From: Oscillospiraceae bacterium
Lineage (GTDB): Bacteria > Bacillota > Clostridia > Oscillospirales > Oscillospiraceae
NCBI GenBank assembly: GCA_022804995.1
Contig: JAAWUC010000002.1
Span: 464-64,463, forward strand
Length of the DNA stretch: 64,000 bases
Direction of reading: 5' to 3'
Position numbers and translations under genes: made by a program. Positions 54,933 to 63,481 of this stretch are shown here, piece after piece; the first letter of the stretch is position 1; every line of letters starts with the position of its first letter. Below the pieces are notes generated by a model. That model saw only the letters and a list, made by a program, of their open reading frames with translations, had not been told where the DNA came from and made no database searches.

Positions 54933-56237
54933 ATGCTAGATATCAGGTTTATCCGGGAGAATCCGGAGGCAGTTAAAGAGAACATTAAAAAGAAGTTCCA
55001 GGAGGAGAAGCTCCCTCTGGTGGATCAGGTGCTGGCGCTGGACAGCGAAAACCGGGCCGCGATTACCGAGGCCAGCGAGCTCCGCTCCCAACGGAACACC
55101 CTCAGCAAGCAGGTGGGGATGCTGATGGGCCAGGCGAAGAAGGACCCCTCCAAGCTGGAGGAGGCGGAGAAGGTCAAGGCCCAGGTCAAGGCCAACGCCG
55201 ACCGGCTGGCGGAGCTGGAGAAGAAGGAGGGGGAGCTGGAGGAGAAGATCCGGGAGATTATGATGGTGATCCCCAACATCATCGACGCCTCTGTGCCCGT
55301 TGGACCGGACGATTCCTGCAATGTGGAGGTGGAGCGGTTCGGAGAGCCGGCGGTTCCGGACTTTGAGGTGCCCTATCACACGGAGATTATGGAACGCTTC
55401 GGGGGGATCGACCTGGATGCCGCCGGGCGGGTGGCCGGAAACGGATTTTACTACCTGTTGGGTGATATTGCCCGGCTCCACGAGGCGGTGCTGGCCTATG
55501 CCCGGGATTTTATGATCGATAAGGGCTTTACCTACTGCATTCCCCCCTTCATGATCCGCTCCAATGTGGTGACGGGCGTGATGTCTTTTGCGGAAATGGA
55601 CGCGATGATGTATAAAATCGAGGGCGAGGACCTATATCTGATTGGGACAAGCGAGCACTCGGTCATTGGACGGTATATTGACCAGATTCTCCAGGAAAAG
55701 GACCTGCCTCAGACGCTGACCTCCTACTCCCCCTGCTTCCGGAAGGAGAAGGGCGCACACGGTATCGAGGAGCGGGGCGTGTACCGAATCCATCAGTTTG
55801 AAAAGCAGGAGATGGTGGTGGTGTGCAGGCCTGAGGAGTCTATGGACTGGTATGAGAAGATGTGGCGGTTCAGCGTAGAGCTGTTCAGGAGTATGGATAT
55901 CCCTGTGCGGCAGCTGGAGTGCTGCTCCGGCGATCTGGCGGATTTGAAGGTCAAGAGCTGCGATATCGAGGCATGGAGCCCCCGGCAGAAAAAGTATTTT
56001 GAGGTGTGCTCCTGCTCCAATATGGGCGACGCCCAGGCCCGGCGGCTGAAGCTGCGGGTCAAGGGGGGCGATGGGAAAACCTATCTGCCCCACACGCTGA
56101 ACAACACTGTGGCGGCTCCGCCCCGGATGCTGATCGCCCTGCTGGAGAATAATTTGCAGGCGGACGGCAGTGTGCGGATTCCCGAGGCGCTCCGGCCCTA
56201 TATGGGCGGGAAAACGGTGATCCTGCCGAAGGAGTAA
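54933..56237 (+). CDS. serS: seryl-tRNA synthetase
   Basis: N-terminal coiled-coil arm and a class II core (LIGTSEHSV, FRKEKGAHG, FEKQEMV, NNTVAAPPRMLIALLENN). Confidence 0.95.
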   Translation: MLDIRFIRENPEAVKENIKKKFQEEKLPLVDQVLALDSENRAAITEASELRSQRNTLSKQVGMLMGQAKKDPSKLEEAEKVKAQVKANADRLAELEKKEGELEEKIREIMMVIPNIIDASVPVGPDDSCNVEVERFGEPAVPDFEVPYHTEIMERFGGIDLDAAGRVAGNGFYYLLGDIARLHEAVLAYARDFMIDKGFTYCIPPFMIRSNVVTGVMSFAEMDAMMYKIEGEDLYLIGTSEHSVIGRYIDQILQEKDLPQTLTSYSPCFRKEKGAHGIEERGVYRIHQFEKQEMVVVCRPEESMDWYEKMWRFSVELFRSMDIPVRQLECCSGDLADLKVKSCDIEAWSPRQKKYFEVCSCSNMGDAQARRLKLRVKGGDGKTYLPHTLNNTVAAPPRMLIALLENNLQADGSVRIPEALRPYMGGKTVILPKE

Positions 56238-56321
56238 CAGAGCTTGGACCAAACCCGCCGGACGGGGCGGGACATAGAAGTGCCGTCCGCGTCCCTTTAA
56301 CCGACGGAAAGGAGAAAATGT

Positions 56322-56642
56322 ATGACAAGGCTGCTGAAAATGCTGGGCGCCGCCGCGCTGATCGCCGGAGTGGTCCCCTACCGGTATACCAAGAATGAGG
56401 AAACCGGTGAACAGAAAATCCAGGCCCTGCTGTGGAAAGCCGTCCGTGTGCCCAACGGTGGAGAAAAGGACAGGACAACCGTGAACATCGGCTTTATCTC
56501 CCCCTTCGAGAAGGAGAAGGGCGAGCCGGAGATCTTTACCCAGGGCGTGGTTGTGGAGTACGGCGGAGGCGCGGACGAGGACGATATGGACTTGGCCGAG
56601 CCGGAGGCCGTGGAACAGACGGAGGAAAATACCGAGGCATAA
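56322..56642 (+). CDS. hypothetical small protein with N-terminal hydrophobic segment and acidic tail
   Basis: RBS GGAGA. 106 aa. No family recognised. Confidence 0.5.
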   Translation: MTRLLKMLGAAALIAGVVPYRYTKNEETGEQKIQALLWKAVRVPNGGEKDRTTVNIGFISPFEKEKGEPEIFTQGVVVEYGGGADEDDMDLAEPEAVEQTEENTEA

Positions 56643-56671
56643 GCCGTCGGAAATAGATGGGAAGAGGACGA

Positions 56672-57076
56672 ATGAAGAAGTTTTTAGAGGAGTTTAAAGC
56701 CTTCGCTATGCGGGGGAATGTGATGGACCTGGCTGTGGGTGTCATCATCGGCGGGGCCTTCAGCGCCATTACAAACTCCCTGATCAACGATATCATCAAC
56801 CCCATCCTGGGCATGATTGCCGGGGACAACAACGCACTGGTGGAGTCTCTTGTCTTCCGCCTACCCGGAGGCGGGGAGCTAATGCTGGGCAGCTTTCTCA
56901 ACGCGGTTTTGAATTTTATTGTGATGGCCTTTGTGGTCTTCTGCATGGTAAAGGCCCTCAATAAGCTCTCCCGAAAAAAGGAAAAGGAAGCCGCCCCTCC
57001 CCCGGCGCCGCCGGAGCCCTCCAATGAGGAGAAGCTGCTGACGGAGATCCGGGATCTGCTGAAGGAGAAGCCGTGA
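56672..57076 (+). CDS. mscL: large-conductance mechanosensitive channel
   Basis: MKKFLEEFKAFAMRGNVMDLAVGVIIGGAF is the canonical MscL N-terminus. Two TM helices. Confidence 0.9.
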   Translation: MKKFLEEFKAFAMRGNVMDLAVGVIIGGAFSAITNSLINDIINPILGMIAGDNNALVESLVFRLPGGGELMLGSFLNAVLNFIVMAFVVFCMVKALNKLSRKKEKEAAPPPAPPEPSNEEKLLTEIRDLLKEKP

Positions 57077-57765
57077 GAGAGATCCTGGAACGAGGACTGG
57101 CGGAGCTGGGAGTGGACGCGGCTTGCGCGCCGGGGCTGACGGCCTTCTCCCAGCTGCTGCTGGAGAAAAATAAGGTGATGAATCTGACGGCTATCACGGA
57201 GCCGGAGGATGTGGCGCGGCTGCATCTGCTGGACAGCCTGTACCTGCTGAAAAGCGGAGGGCTGGGGAAAGCAGTGGTGGATGTGGGTAGCGGGGCCGGG
57301 TTTCCGGGGATGCCCCTGGCTATCGCCGCGCCGTCCATAGAGGTAACTCTGCTGGACAGCCTGGGAAAGCGAATCGCATTTCTGGAGGAGGCCGCCGGGG
57401 CGCTGGGAATTCAGAATGTGAAGTGCGTCCAGGCACGGGCGGAGGAATTCGCCGGGGAAAAGCGCGAGAGCTTCGACGGGGCGGTGAGCCGGGCGGTGGC
57501 GGCGCTCCCAGTGCTGTGTGAGCTGTGCCTGCCGCTGGTGAAGGTGGGCGGCGTGTTCGTAGCGATGAAATCCAGCCATACCGAGGAGGAGATTGAGCAG
57601 GCCAAGCGGGCCGTAAAGCTCCTGGGGGGACGAATCGTGTCCGTAGAGGACTACCGGATCCCCACCACAGAGGTGGTCCACCGGCTGGTGAAGGTGGAGA
57701 AGATCTCCCCTACTCCAAAAAAGTATCCCCGGCGGTTCGCGCTTATCAAAAAACAGCCTTTATAA
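57073..57765 (+). CDS. rsmG: 16S rRNA (guanine527-N7)-methyltransferase
   Basis: The GTG overlaps the mscL stop. SAM motif VVDVGSGAGFPGMPLAI. Confidence 0.9.
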   Translation: MREILERGLAELGVDAACAPGLTAFSQLLLEKNKVMNLTAITEPEDVARLHLLDSLYLLKSGGLGKAVVDVGSGAGFPGMPLAIAAPSIEVTLLDSLGKRIAFLEEAAGALGIQNVKCVQARAEEFAGEKRESFDGAVSRAVAALPVLCELCLPLVKVGGVFVAMKSSHTEEEIEQAKRAVKLLGGRIVSVEDYRIPTTEVVHRLVKVEKISPTPKKYPRRFALIKKQPL

Positions 57766-57808
57766 CAAAAACAAAGCAAAACGTAGTTTTGCGCAGGAGT
57801 TCTTTTTG

Positions 57809-57834
57809 ATACTTTTTCTTGCAAGAAAAAGTAT
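57809..57834. repeat. AT-rich palindrome P3 (perfect 26 bp)
   Basis: ATACTTTTTCTTG|CAAGAAAAAGTAT. It ends 27 nt before the minD-like TTG start. The flanks match the P2 context. Confidence 0.85.
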
Positions 57835-57860
57835 GAACAACCGAGGGAGGGTGAGCTGGC

Positions 57861-58592
57861 TTGGGGCAGACAATTTCCGTGGTGTCAGGCAAGGGGGGGA
57901 CCGGTAAGACCTCCTTTACCGCTAACGTAGGCATGGCGCTGGCCCAGATGGGACACCCTACCCTCTGTCTGGACTGCGACGTGGGGCTGCGGAACCTGGA
58001 TATCGCGATGGTGATGACCGACCGGGCTGTGATGGATTTTACCGATGTGCTGGCCGGACGGTGTACACTGGAGGAGGCCGCGGCGGCTCACCCTAAACAG
58101 AAAAATCTGTTTCTGCTCACCGCTCCCAACCGGGAGACCTGGGTGGATGAATCGCTGTTCCAGGGACTGTTTGAGGAGATCAACCGGAAGTTTGACTACT
58201 GTCTGGTGGACGCGCCGGCGGGGCTGGGCATCGGTTTCCGGCTGGCGATCTCCGGGGCGGACCGGGCCGTGGTGGTCACCACCACCGAGGCCAGCAGTCT
58301 GCGTGACGCGCAGAAAACAGTGATGGAGCTGAAAAACCTGAGGACCGTCCACCTGGTGGTGAACCGGTGCCGGAAAAAATTGTTGAAAAGTCTGCACCAG
58401 ACCATTGACGACGCAATCGACACAGCGGGCCTGCCCCTGCTGGGGGTGGTGCCGGAGGACGAAACCATGCCGCTCTACGCCGGAAGGGATATCCCTTTGC
58501 TGCTGAGCGGAAACGACTGCGCGGCCCAGGCCTACCGCAATATCGCCAGGAGGCTGGACGGTCAGCGGGCGGCGCTGATGCGGCTGCGATAG
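57861..58592 (+). CDS. MinD/ParA-family P-loop ATPase (orphan, short form)
   Basis: The TTG start is 9 nt after GAGGGAGGG. Deviant Walker A SGKGGTGKTS, and LVDAPAGLG. No recognisable C-terminal amphipathic membrane-targeting helix. No minC or minE in the window. Confidence 0.8.
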   Translation: MGQTISVVSGKGGTGKTSFTANVGMALAQMGHPTLCLDCDVGLRNLDIAMVMTDRAVMDFTDVLAGRCTLEEAAAAHPKQKNLFLLTAPNRETWVDESLFQGLFEEINRKFDYCLVDAPAGLGIGFRLAISGADRAVVVTTTEASSLRDAQKTVMELKNLRTVHLVVNRCRKKLLKSLHQTIDDAIDTAGLPLLGVVPEDETMPLYAGRDIPLLLSGNDCAAQAYRNIARRLDGQRAALMRLR

Positions 58593-58697
58593 GAGGAAAA
58601 TTTGTGTACGACCTGACCAAAAAAACAGGAATTCATACATATTCGGGGTAAAACGCGCCGCTTAGGCCGCGCCCCCAGAAAGGATGCGAGTTATTAT

Positions 58698-59126
58698 ATG
58701 TATATCGCACTGATGGCCCACGATACAAAAAAGGATTTGATGGTCCAGTTCTGCACCGCCTATGCAGGGGTCCTCTCCAGGCATAATCTGTGCGCTACCA
58801 ACGCCACGGGGCGCATTGTCCATGAGGCGACCGGCCTGCATGTGCATCTGTTTCTCTCCTGCCAGCACGGCGGGAGCCAGCAGATCGGCGCGCGAATCGC
58901 TTACAATGAGATGGATATGGTCCTGTTTTTCGTGGACCCCAACGACGCGTCGCTGGAGAAGGAGCTGCTCTATATTTCCAGGCTGTGCGATCAGAACAAC
59001 ATCCCCTTCGCCTCCAATGTCGCGACGGCGGAAATGCTGGTTCTGGGGATGGCCAGGGGGGATTTGGACTGGCGGAATATTGTCAATCCCAAGAATAAAT
59101 TCCGGCGGGATGTGTTGCCCCGGTAG
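58698..59126 (+). CDS. methylglyoxal synthase-like (MGS-like domain) protein with substituted catalytic residues
   Basis: Aligns end to end by eye with B. subtilis and E. coli MgsA (IALMAHDTKK..., IHEATGL, GG.QQIGA, NIP.A.N..TAE). The GGDQQ Asp is Ser, and PHEPD/PHDPD is LEKEL. Confidence 0.8.
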   Translation: MYIALMAHDTKKDLMVQFCTAYAGVLSRHNLCATNATGRIVHEATGLHVHLFLSCQHGGSQQIGARIAYNEMDMVLFFVDPNDASLEKELLYISRLCDQNNIPFASNVATAEMLVLGMARGDLDWRNIVNPKNKFRRDVLPR

Positions 59127-59147
59127 AGAGAAAAGGAGATGCCAGAG

Positions 59148-60494
59148 ATGAATGTTCAGCCGAGAACCCTGTCCGGGTTTATGGAACTGCTGCCCGGCGA
59201 TCAGATTTTGATGGAGCGGTTCATGGAGACGCTGCGGGAAACCTACAGCCTCTATGGATTTACGCCCCTGGATACGCCTGTTATTGAGGCCAGCGAGGTG
59301 CTGCTGGCGAAGGGCGGCGGGGAGACCGAAAAGCAGATCTACCGCTTTACCAAGGGGGACAGCGATCTGAGCCTGCGGTTTGATTTGACTGTGCCCCTGG
59401 CGAAGTATGTGGCACTGCACTACGGGGAGCTGTCCTTCCCCTTCCGGCGCTATCAGATCGGGAAGGTCTACCGGGGAGAGCGGGCCCAGCGGGGACGGTT
59501 CCGGGAGTTCTATCAGGCGGATATTGATATCATTGGGGACGGAAAGCTGGATATCGTCAACGAGGCGGAAATCCCCGCCATTATCTATCAGACGTTCAGC
59601 AGACTGGGGCTGGAGAGGTTCCAGATACGGGTCAACAACCGGAAGATCCTCAACGGGTTCTATGATATGCTGGGGCTCCGCGAGCAGTCCGGGGAGATCA
59701 TGCGGACTGTGGACAAGCTGGAGAAAATCGGCGGCGACAAGGTCCGGGAGCTGCTGATGGAGGCTGGGGTCTCGGAGGAAAAGGCCGGGGAGATCCTGCG
59801 GTTTATCGGGATTCGCGGAGAAAACAGCCAGGTGCTGAAGGCCCTGGAGAGCTATCGGGGAAAGGATGAGCTCTTTGACCAGGGGCTGGAGGAGCTGGGA
59901 ACCGTGGTGAAGTATCTGGGGGCCTTCGGGGTGCCGGAGGAGAACTTCGCCGTGGATCTGACCATCGCCCGGGGGCTGGACTACTACACCGGGACGGTAT
60001 ATGAGACGATGATGACAGACCACCCGGAGATTGGTTCTATCTGTTCCGGGGGGCGTTATGATAACTTAGCGGAATATTACACAAATAAACAACTGCCCGG
60101 TGTCGGAATTTCCATCGGATTGACCCGGCTGTTCTATGTTTTGCAGGAGCAGAAGATGCTCAATGAGGAGGCCGGGACCGCGCCGGCGGATGTGCTGCTG
60201 CTGCCCATGACGGAGGAGCTGGGGCCGGCGATCGAGCTGGGCACGAGGCTCCGGGGCGAGGGGATCCGGGTACAGCTGTATACGGAGCCTAAAAAGTTCA
60301 AGGCGAAGATGAATTACGCCGACAAGCTCGGCGTGCCCTTCGTGGTATTTCTGGGGGAGGATGAGATTCAGGAGGAGGTTGTGTCCTGCAAGGATATGGT
60401 CTCCGGGGAGCAGACGAAGCTGGACTTTTCCAGCACTGTGACGCGGGTGAAGGAGCGGCTGGCGGCCAACCGGCGCCAGCGGGTGATCCGATAG
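59148..60494 (+). CDS. hisS: histidyl-tRNA synthetase
   Basis: The ATG at 59148 is 9 nt after AAGGAG. Class II motifs (FRYERPQ-like RGERAQRGRFREFYQADIDIIG, GGRYDNL) and a C-terminal anticodon-binding domain. Confidence 0.95.
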   Translation: MNVQPRTLSGFMELLPGDQILMERFMETLRETYSLYGFTPLDTPVIEASEVLLAKGGGETEKQIYRFTKGDSDLSLRFDLTVPLAKYVALHYGELSFPFRRYQIGKVYRGERAQRGRFREFYQADIDIIGDGKLDIVNEAEIPAIIYQTFSRLGLERFQIRVNNRKILNGFYDMLGLREQSGEIMRTVDKLEKIGGDKVRELLMEAGVSEEKAGEILRFIGIRGENSQVLKALESYRGKDELFDQGLEELGTVVKYLGAFGVPEENFAVDLTIARGLDYYTGTVYETMMTDHPEIGSICSGGRYDNLAEYYTNKQLPGVGISIGLTRLFYVLQEQKMLNEEAGTAPADVLLLPMTEELGPAIELGTRLRGEGIRVQLYTEPKKFKAKMNYADKLGVPFVVFLGEDEIQEEVVSCKDMVSGEQTKLDFSSTVTRVKERLAANRRQRVIR

Positions 60495-60515
60495 CCCGGG
60501 AGAAGGGAGTCTGTG

Positions 60516-60771
60516 ATGTCCTGGAAGCGGCGGGTGAAGATCGGACTGGGGATTGTGCTGGCGGTCCTCGTGGCTGTCGGGCTGTGGTTCGCGCGGCCTG
60601 TGGGGCTCGAGGAGATCTGCCCCGGACTGGAGCTGGCGGAGTGCCGGGGAATTGACGCTGCGGGGCTATGACGGGGAAACCTATCCGGTGCGGACCTCGG
60701 GACAGAAGGAATGGGTCCGGGAGGTCCTGGAAATATTTTTGGATATACCCCTTGAAATTGATTCCAAATAG
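60516..60771 (+). pseudogene. small membrane-anchored protein gene interrupted by a frameshift
   Basis: The ATG at 60516 (RBS AGAAGGGAG) gives MSWKRRVKIGLGIVLAVLVAVGLWFARPVGLEEICPGLELAECRGIDAAGL*, with the stop at 60669-60671. The next frame continues ...GELTLRGYDGETYPVRTSGQKEWVREVLEIFLDIPLEIDSK* to 60771. The break lies near the CCGGGG run at about 60645. Confidence 0.3.
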
Positions 60772-60820
60772 ATAAATTCTATTCGCAATATACATTTCGT
60801 TATAGGAAAGAGGACGTATT

Positions 60821-62596
60821 ATGACACAGAATCGTACACACACCTGCAACGAGCTCCGGCTGGAGCACGCGGGGCAGAAGGTCAAGCTCTCCGGGTGGAT
60901 GGAGAACGTCCGGGAGGTGGGGCAGAATTTTGCCTTTGTCATCCTCCGGGACTTCTATGGGACCACTCAAGTCGTTGTGGAAACCGAGGAGATGATGGAG
61001 ATTGTCCACGGGCTTAACAAGGAGTCCACCATCTCTGTGGAGGGCACGGTCCGGGAGCGGAGCAGCAAGAATAAGAACCTGCCCACCGGCGAAATCGAGG
61101 TCGTGCCGGAGAAAATCGAGGTCCTGGGGCGCTGCCGGTACAACGAGCTCCCCTTCCAGGTGGGCCGCAGCCGGGAGGCCGACGAGAGCCTGCGGCTCAA
61201 GTACCGGTATCTGGACCTGCGCAATCCCGAGGTGAAGAAGAATATTGTCCTGCGGTGCAATGTGGTGGCCGCTATCCGGCAGGCTATGATGGACCACGGG
61301 TTTCTGGAGATTACCACGCCGATTCTGACGGCGTCCTCCCCCGAGGGGGCCCGGGACTACCTGGTGCCCGCGAGAAAGCACCCCGGGAAGTTCTACGCCC
61401 TGCCCCAGGCCCCCCAGCAGTTCAAGCAGCTGCTGATGACCTCCGGATTTGACAAGTACTTCCAGATCGCGCCCTGCTTCCGGGACGAGGACGCCCGGGG
61501 CGACCGCTCCCCCGGGGAGTTCTATCAGCTGGATATGGAGATGAGCTTCGCCACCCAGGACGACGTGTTCGGGGTGATTGAGGACGTGTTCCCGCCGATT
61601 TTCGCCAAGTATGGACTCTACAATCGGGCATCTTCCGCGCCCTTTAAACGAATTGGATTCGTGGAGGCCATGGAGACCTACGGCTCCGACAAGCCGGACC
61701 TGCGGATTGATTTGACCGTGACCGACGCCACGGAGCTGCTGGCGGACTGCGGGTTCGAGCCCTTTGCCGGCCAGACGGTGAAGGCCATTGTGGTCACGGA
61801 CTTCAGCGCCCCCCGGAAGCAGATTGACAAGCTCTGCGCCGACGTGGAGGTCCAGGCGGGGGAAAAGGCCTACTGGTTCCGCCTGGATGAGAAGGGCGAG
61901 CTGGTGGGCGGCATCTCCAAGTTCGTGGCGGAAAAGAAGGATGAGGTTGTGGCGAAGCTGGGGCTGAAGCCCGGCTGCTTCGTGGGCCTTACCGCCGGGA
62001 AAAAGAGCGCGGCCCAAAAGACCGCCGGTGTGCTCCGCAGCAAGCTGGGGGCGCTGTGCCCCAACCACATGGACAGGGAGAAGTATGAGTTCTGCTGGAT
62101 TGTGGATTTCCCCATGTACGAGATTGGGGAGGAATCCGGGGAGCTGGAGTTCTGCCACAATCCCTTCTCTATGCCCAACGGCGGGAAGGAGATTCTGGAG
62201 AAGGCCATCGCCGGCGAGGCGGACCCGCTGAGCATTACCGCCTTCCAGTATGATTTGGTGTGCAACGGCGTGGAGCTCTCCTCCGGCGCGGTGCGCAACC
62301 ATGACCCCGAGATTATGGTCAAGGCCTTCCGGATGGTGGGCCTGGGCGAGGAGGATGTGAAAGCCAAGTTCCCGGCGATGTACAACGCCTTCTGCTACGG
62401 CGCGCCCCCCCACGCGGGCATCGCCCCGGGCATTGACCGGATGGTGATGCTGCTGGCCGGAGAGGAGTCCATCCGGGAGATTATCCCCTTCCCCATGAAC
62501 AAGAACGCCCAGGACCTGATGATGGGCGCACCCTCCGAGGTGGAGCAGAAGCAGCTGGATGAGCTGCATATTGCGCTGACGGAGATCGAGGAATAG
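60821..62596 (+). CDS. aspS: aspartyl-tRNA synthetase
   Basis: N-terminal OB fold, QSPQQFKQLLM-like PQAPQQFKQLLM, CFRDEDARGDRSPGEFYQLDMEMSF, and a GAD insertion. Confidence 0.95.
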   Translation: MTQNRTHTCNELRLEHAGQKVKLSGWMENVREVGQNFAFVILRDFYGTTQVVVETEEMMEIVHGLNKESTISVEGTVRERSSKNKNLPTGEIEVVPEKIEVLGRCRYNELPFQVGRSREADESLRLKYRYLDLRNPEVKKNIVLRCNVVAAIRQAMMDHGFLEITTPILTASSPEGARDYLVPARKHPGKFYALPQAPQQFKQLLMTSGFDKYFQIAPCFRDEDARGDRSPGEFYQLDMEMSFATQDDVFGVIEDVFPPIFAKYGLYNRASSAPFKRIGFVEAMETYGSDKPDLRIDLTVTDATELLADCGFEPFAGQTVKAIVVTDFSAPRKQIDKLCADVEVQAGEKAYWFRLDEKGELVGGISKFVAEKKDEVVAKLGLKPGCFVGLTAGKKSAAQKTAGVLRSKLGALCPNHMDREKYEFCWIVDFPMYEIGEESGELEFCHNPFSMPNGGKEILEKAIAGEADPLSITAFQYDLVCNGVELSSGAVRNHDPEIMVKAFRMVGLGEEDVKAKFPAMYNAFCYGAPPHAGIAPGIDRMVMLLAGEESIREIIPFPMNKNAQDLMMGAPSEVEQKQLDELHIALTEIEE

Positions 62597-62605
62597 GATT
62601 TTGGC

Positions 62606-62643
62606 GGAACCGCGTTTTAACAGGGCGCGGTTTCGCCCGTTTT
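62606..62643 (+). terminator. intrinsic terminator after aspS
   Basis: GGAACCGCG-N11-CGCGGTTTC followed by GCCCGTTTTAG. Confidence 0.65.
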
Positions 62644-62653
62644 AGGGAGGATC

Positions 62654-63481
62654 ATGATGCTGAGGCTGACACAGTTTTGGAAGGATGGGGCGCCGGCTCT
62701 GGGCGTTTGGACCGAAGAGGGCGTGATCGATGCCTCCGCTATTGCGGGGACCATGCTGGGGGCAATCCAGGGCGGCGGGGCCGTGCTGGACCGGCTGGCG
62801 GCGCTGAAGGGACCGGTGCTGGAGGAGGCGCGCTTCGCGCCGGTGGTCACAGGCGGGGACAAGATCCTCTGTATCGGGCGAAACTATAAGGACCACGCCG
62901 AGGAGTGCGGCCGGGAGCTGCCCGGGGCCCCGGCGCTGTTCAACAAGTTCCGCTCCGCCCTGGCCGCCCACGGACAGGAGATCGTTCTGCCCAGGGAGTA
63001 CAAGCGGTACGACTATGAGGGCGAGATGGTGGCGGTAATCGGGAAACCCTGCCGGAATGTGCCCAGGGAGAGGGCTATGGAGTATGTCTTTGGGATGACC
63101 TGCGGCAATGACTTGACCGCCAGGGACCTGCAGTACGCCAGAGCCGGTCAGTGGCTGATGGGGAAAAGCCTGGACAACTTCGCCCCGGTAGGGCCCTGCG
63201 TGGCCGTGGGGCTGGATCCCGGGGATCTGGGGATCACAACGAGAGTCAATGGGGAGCTGCGGCAGAACAGCCGGACCAGCAAGCTGATTTTCGATCTGCC
63301 CTATCTGATTGCGGACCTCTCCCGGCACTTTACGCTGCTGCCCGGAGATCTGCTGTTCACCGGGACGCCGGAGGGTGTGATGCAGGGGTATCCCGAGGAC
63401 AAGAAGCAGTGGCTGAAGCCCGGCGACCGGGTGGAGGTGACCCTGGAGGGCGTGGGCACGCTGGTCAACACACTGGCATGA
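62654..63481 (+). CDS. fumarylacetoacetate hydrolase (FAH) family protein
   Basis: KILCIGRNYKDHAEE, YEGEMVAVIG, NDLTARDLQ and GDLLFTGTPEGV. Confidence 0.85.
   Translation: MMLRLTQFWKDGAPALGVWTEEGVIDASAIAGTMLGAIQGGGAVLDRLAALKGPVLEEARFAPVVTGGDKILCIGRNYKDHAEECGRELPGAPALFNKFRSALAAHGQEIVLPREYKRYDYEGEMVAVIGKPCRNVPRERAMEYVFGMTCGNDLTARDLQYARAGQWLMGKSLDNFAPVGPCVAVGLDPGDLGITTRVNGELRQNSRTSKLIFDLPYLIADLSRHFTLLPGDLLFTGTPEGVMQGYPEDKKQWLKPGDRVEVTLEGVGTLVNTLA

Noticed and set aside
57815-57826. TTGCA inside palindrome P3 as a sigma-54 -12 element.
   Set aside because: There is no GG at the -24 position (the sequence there is TGATAC), and the P1 and P2 copies lack the TTGCA.
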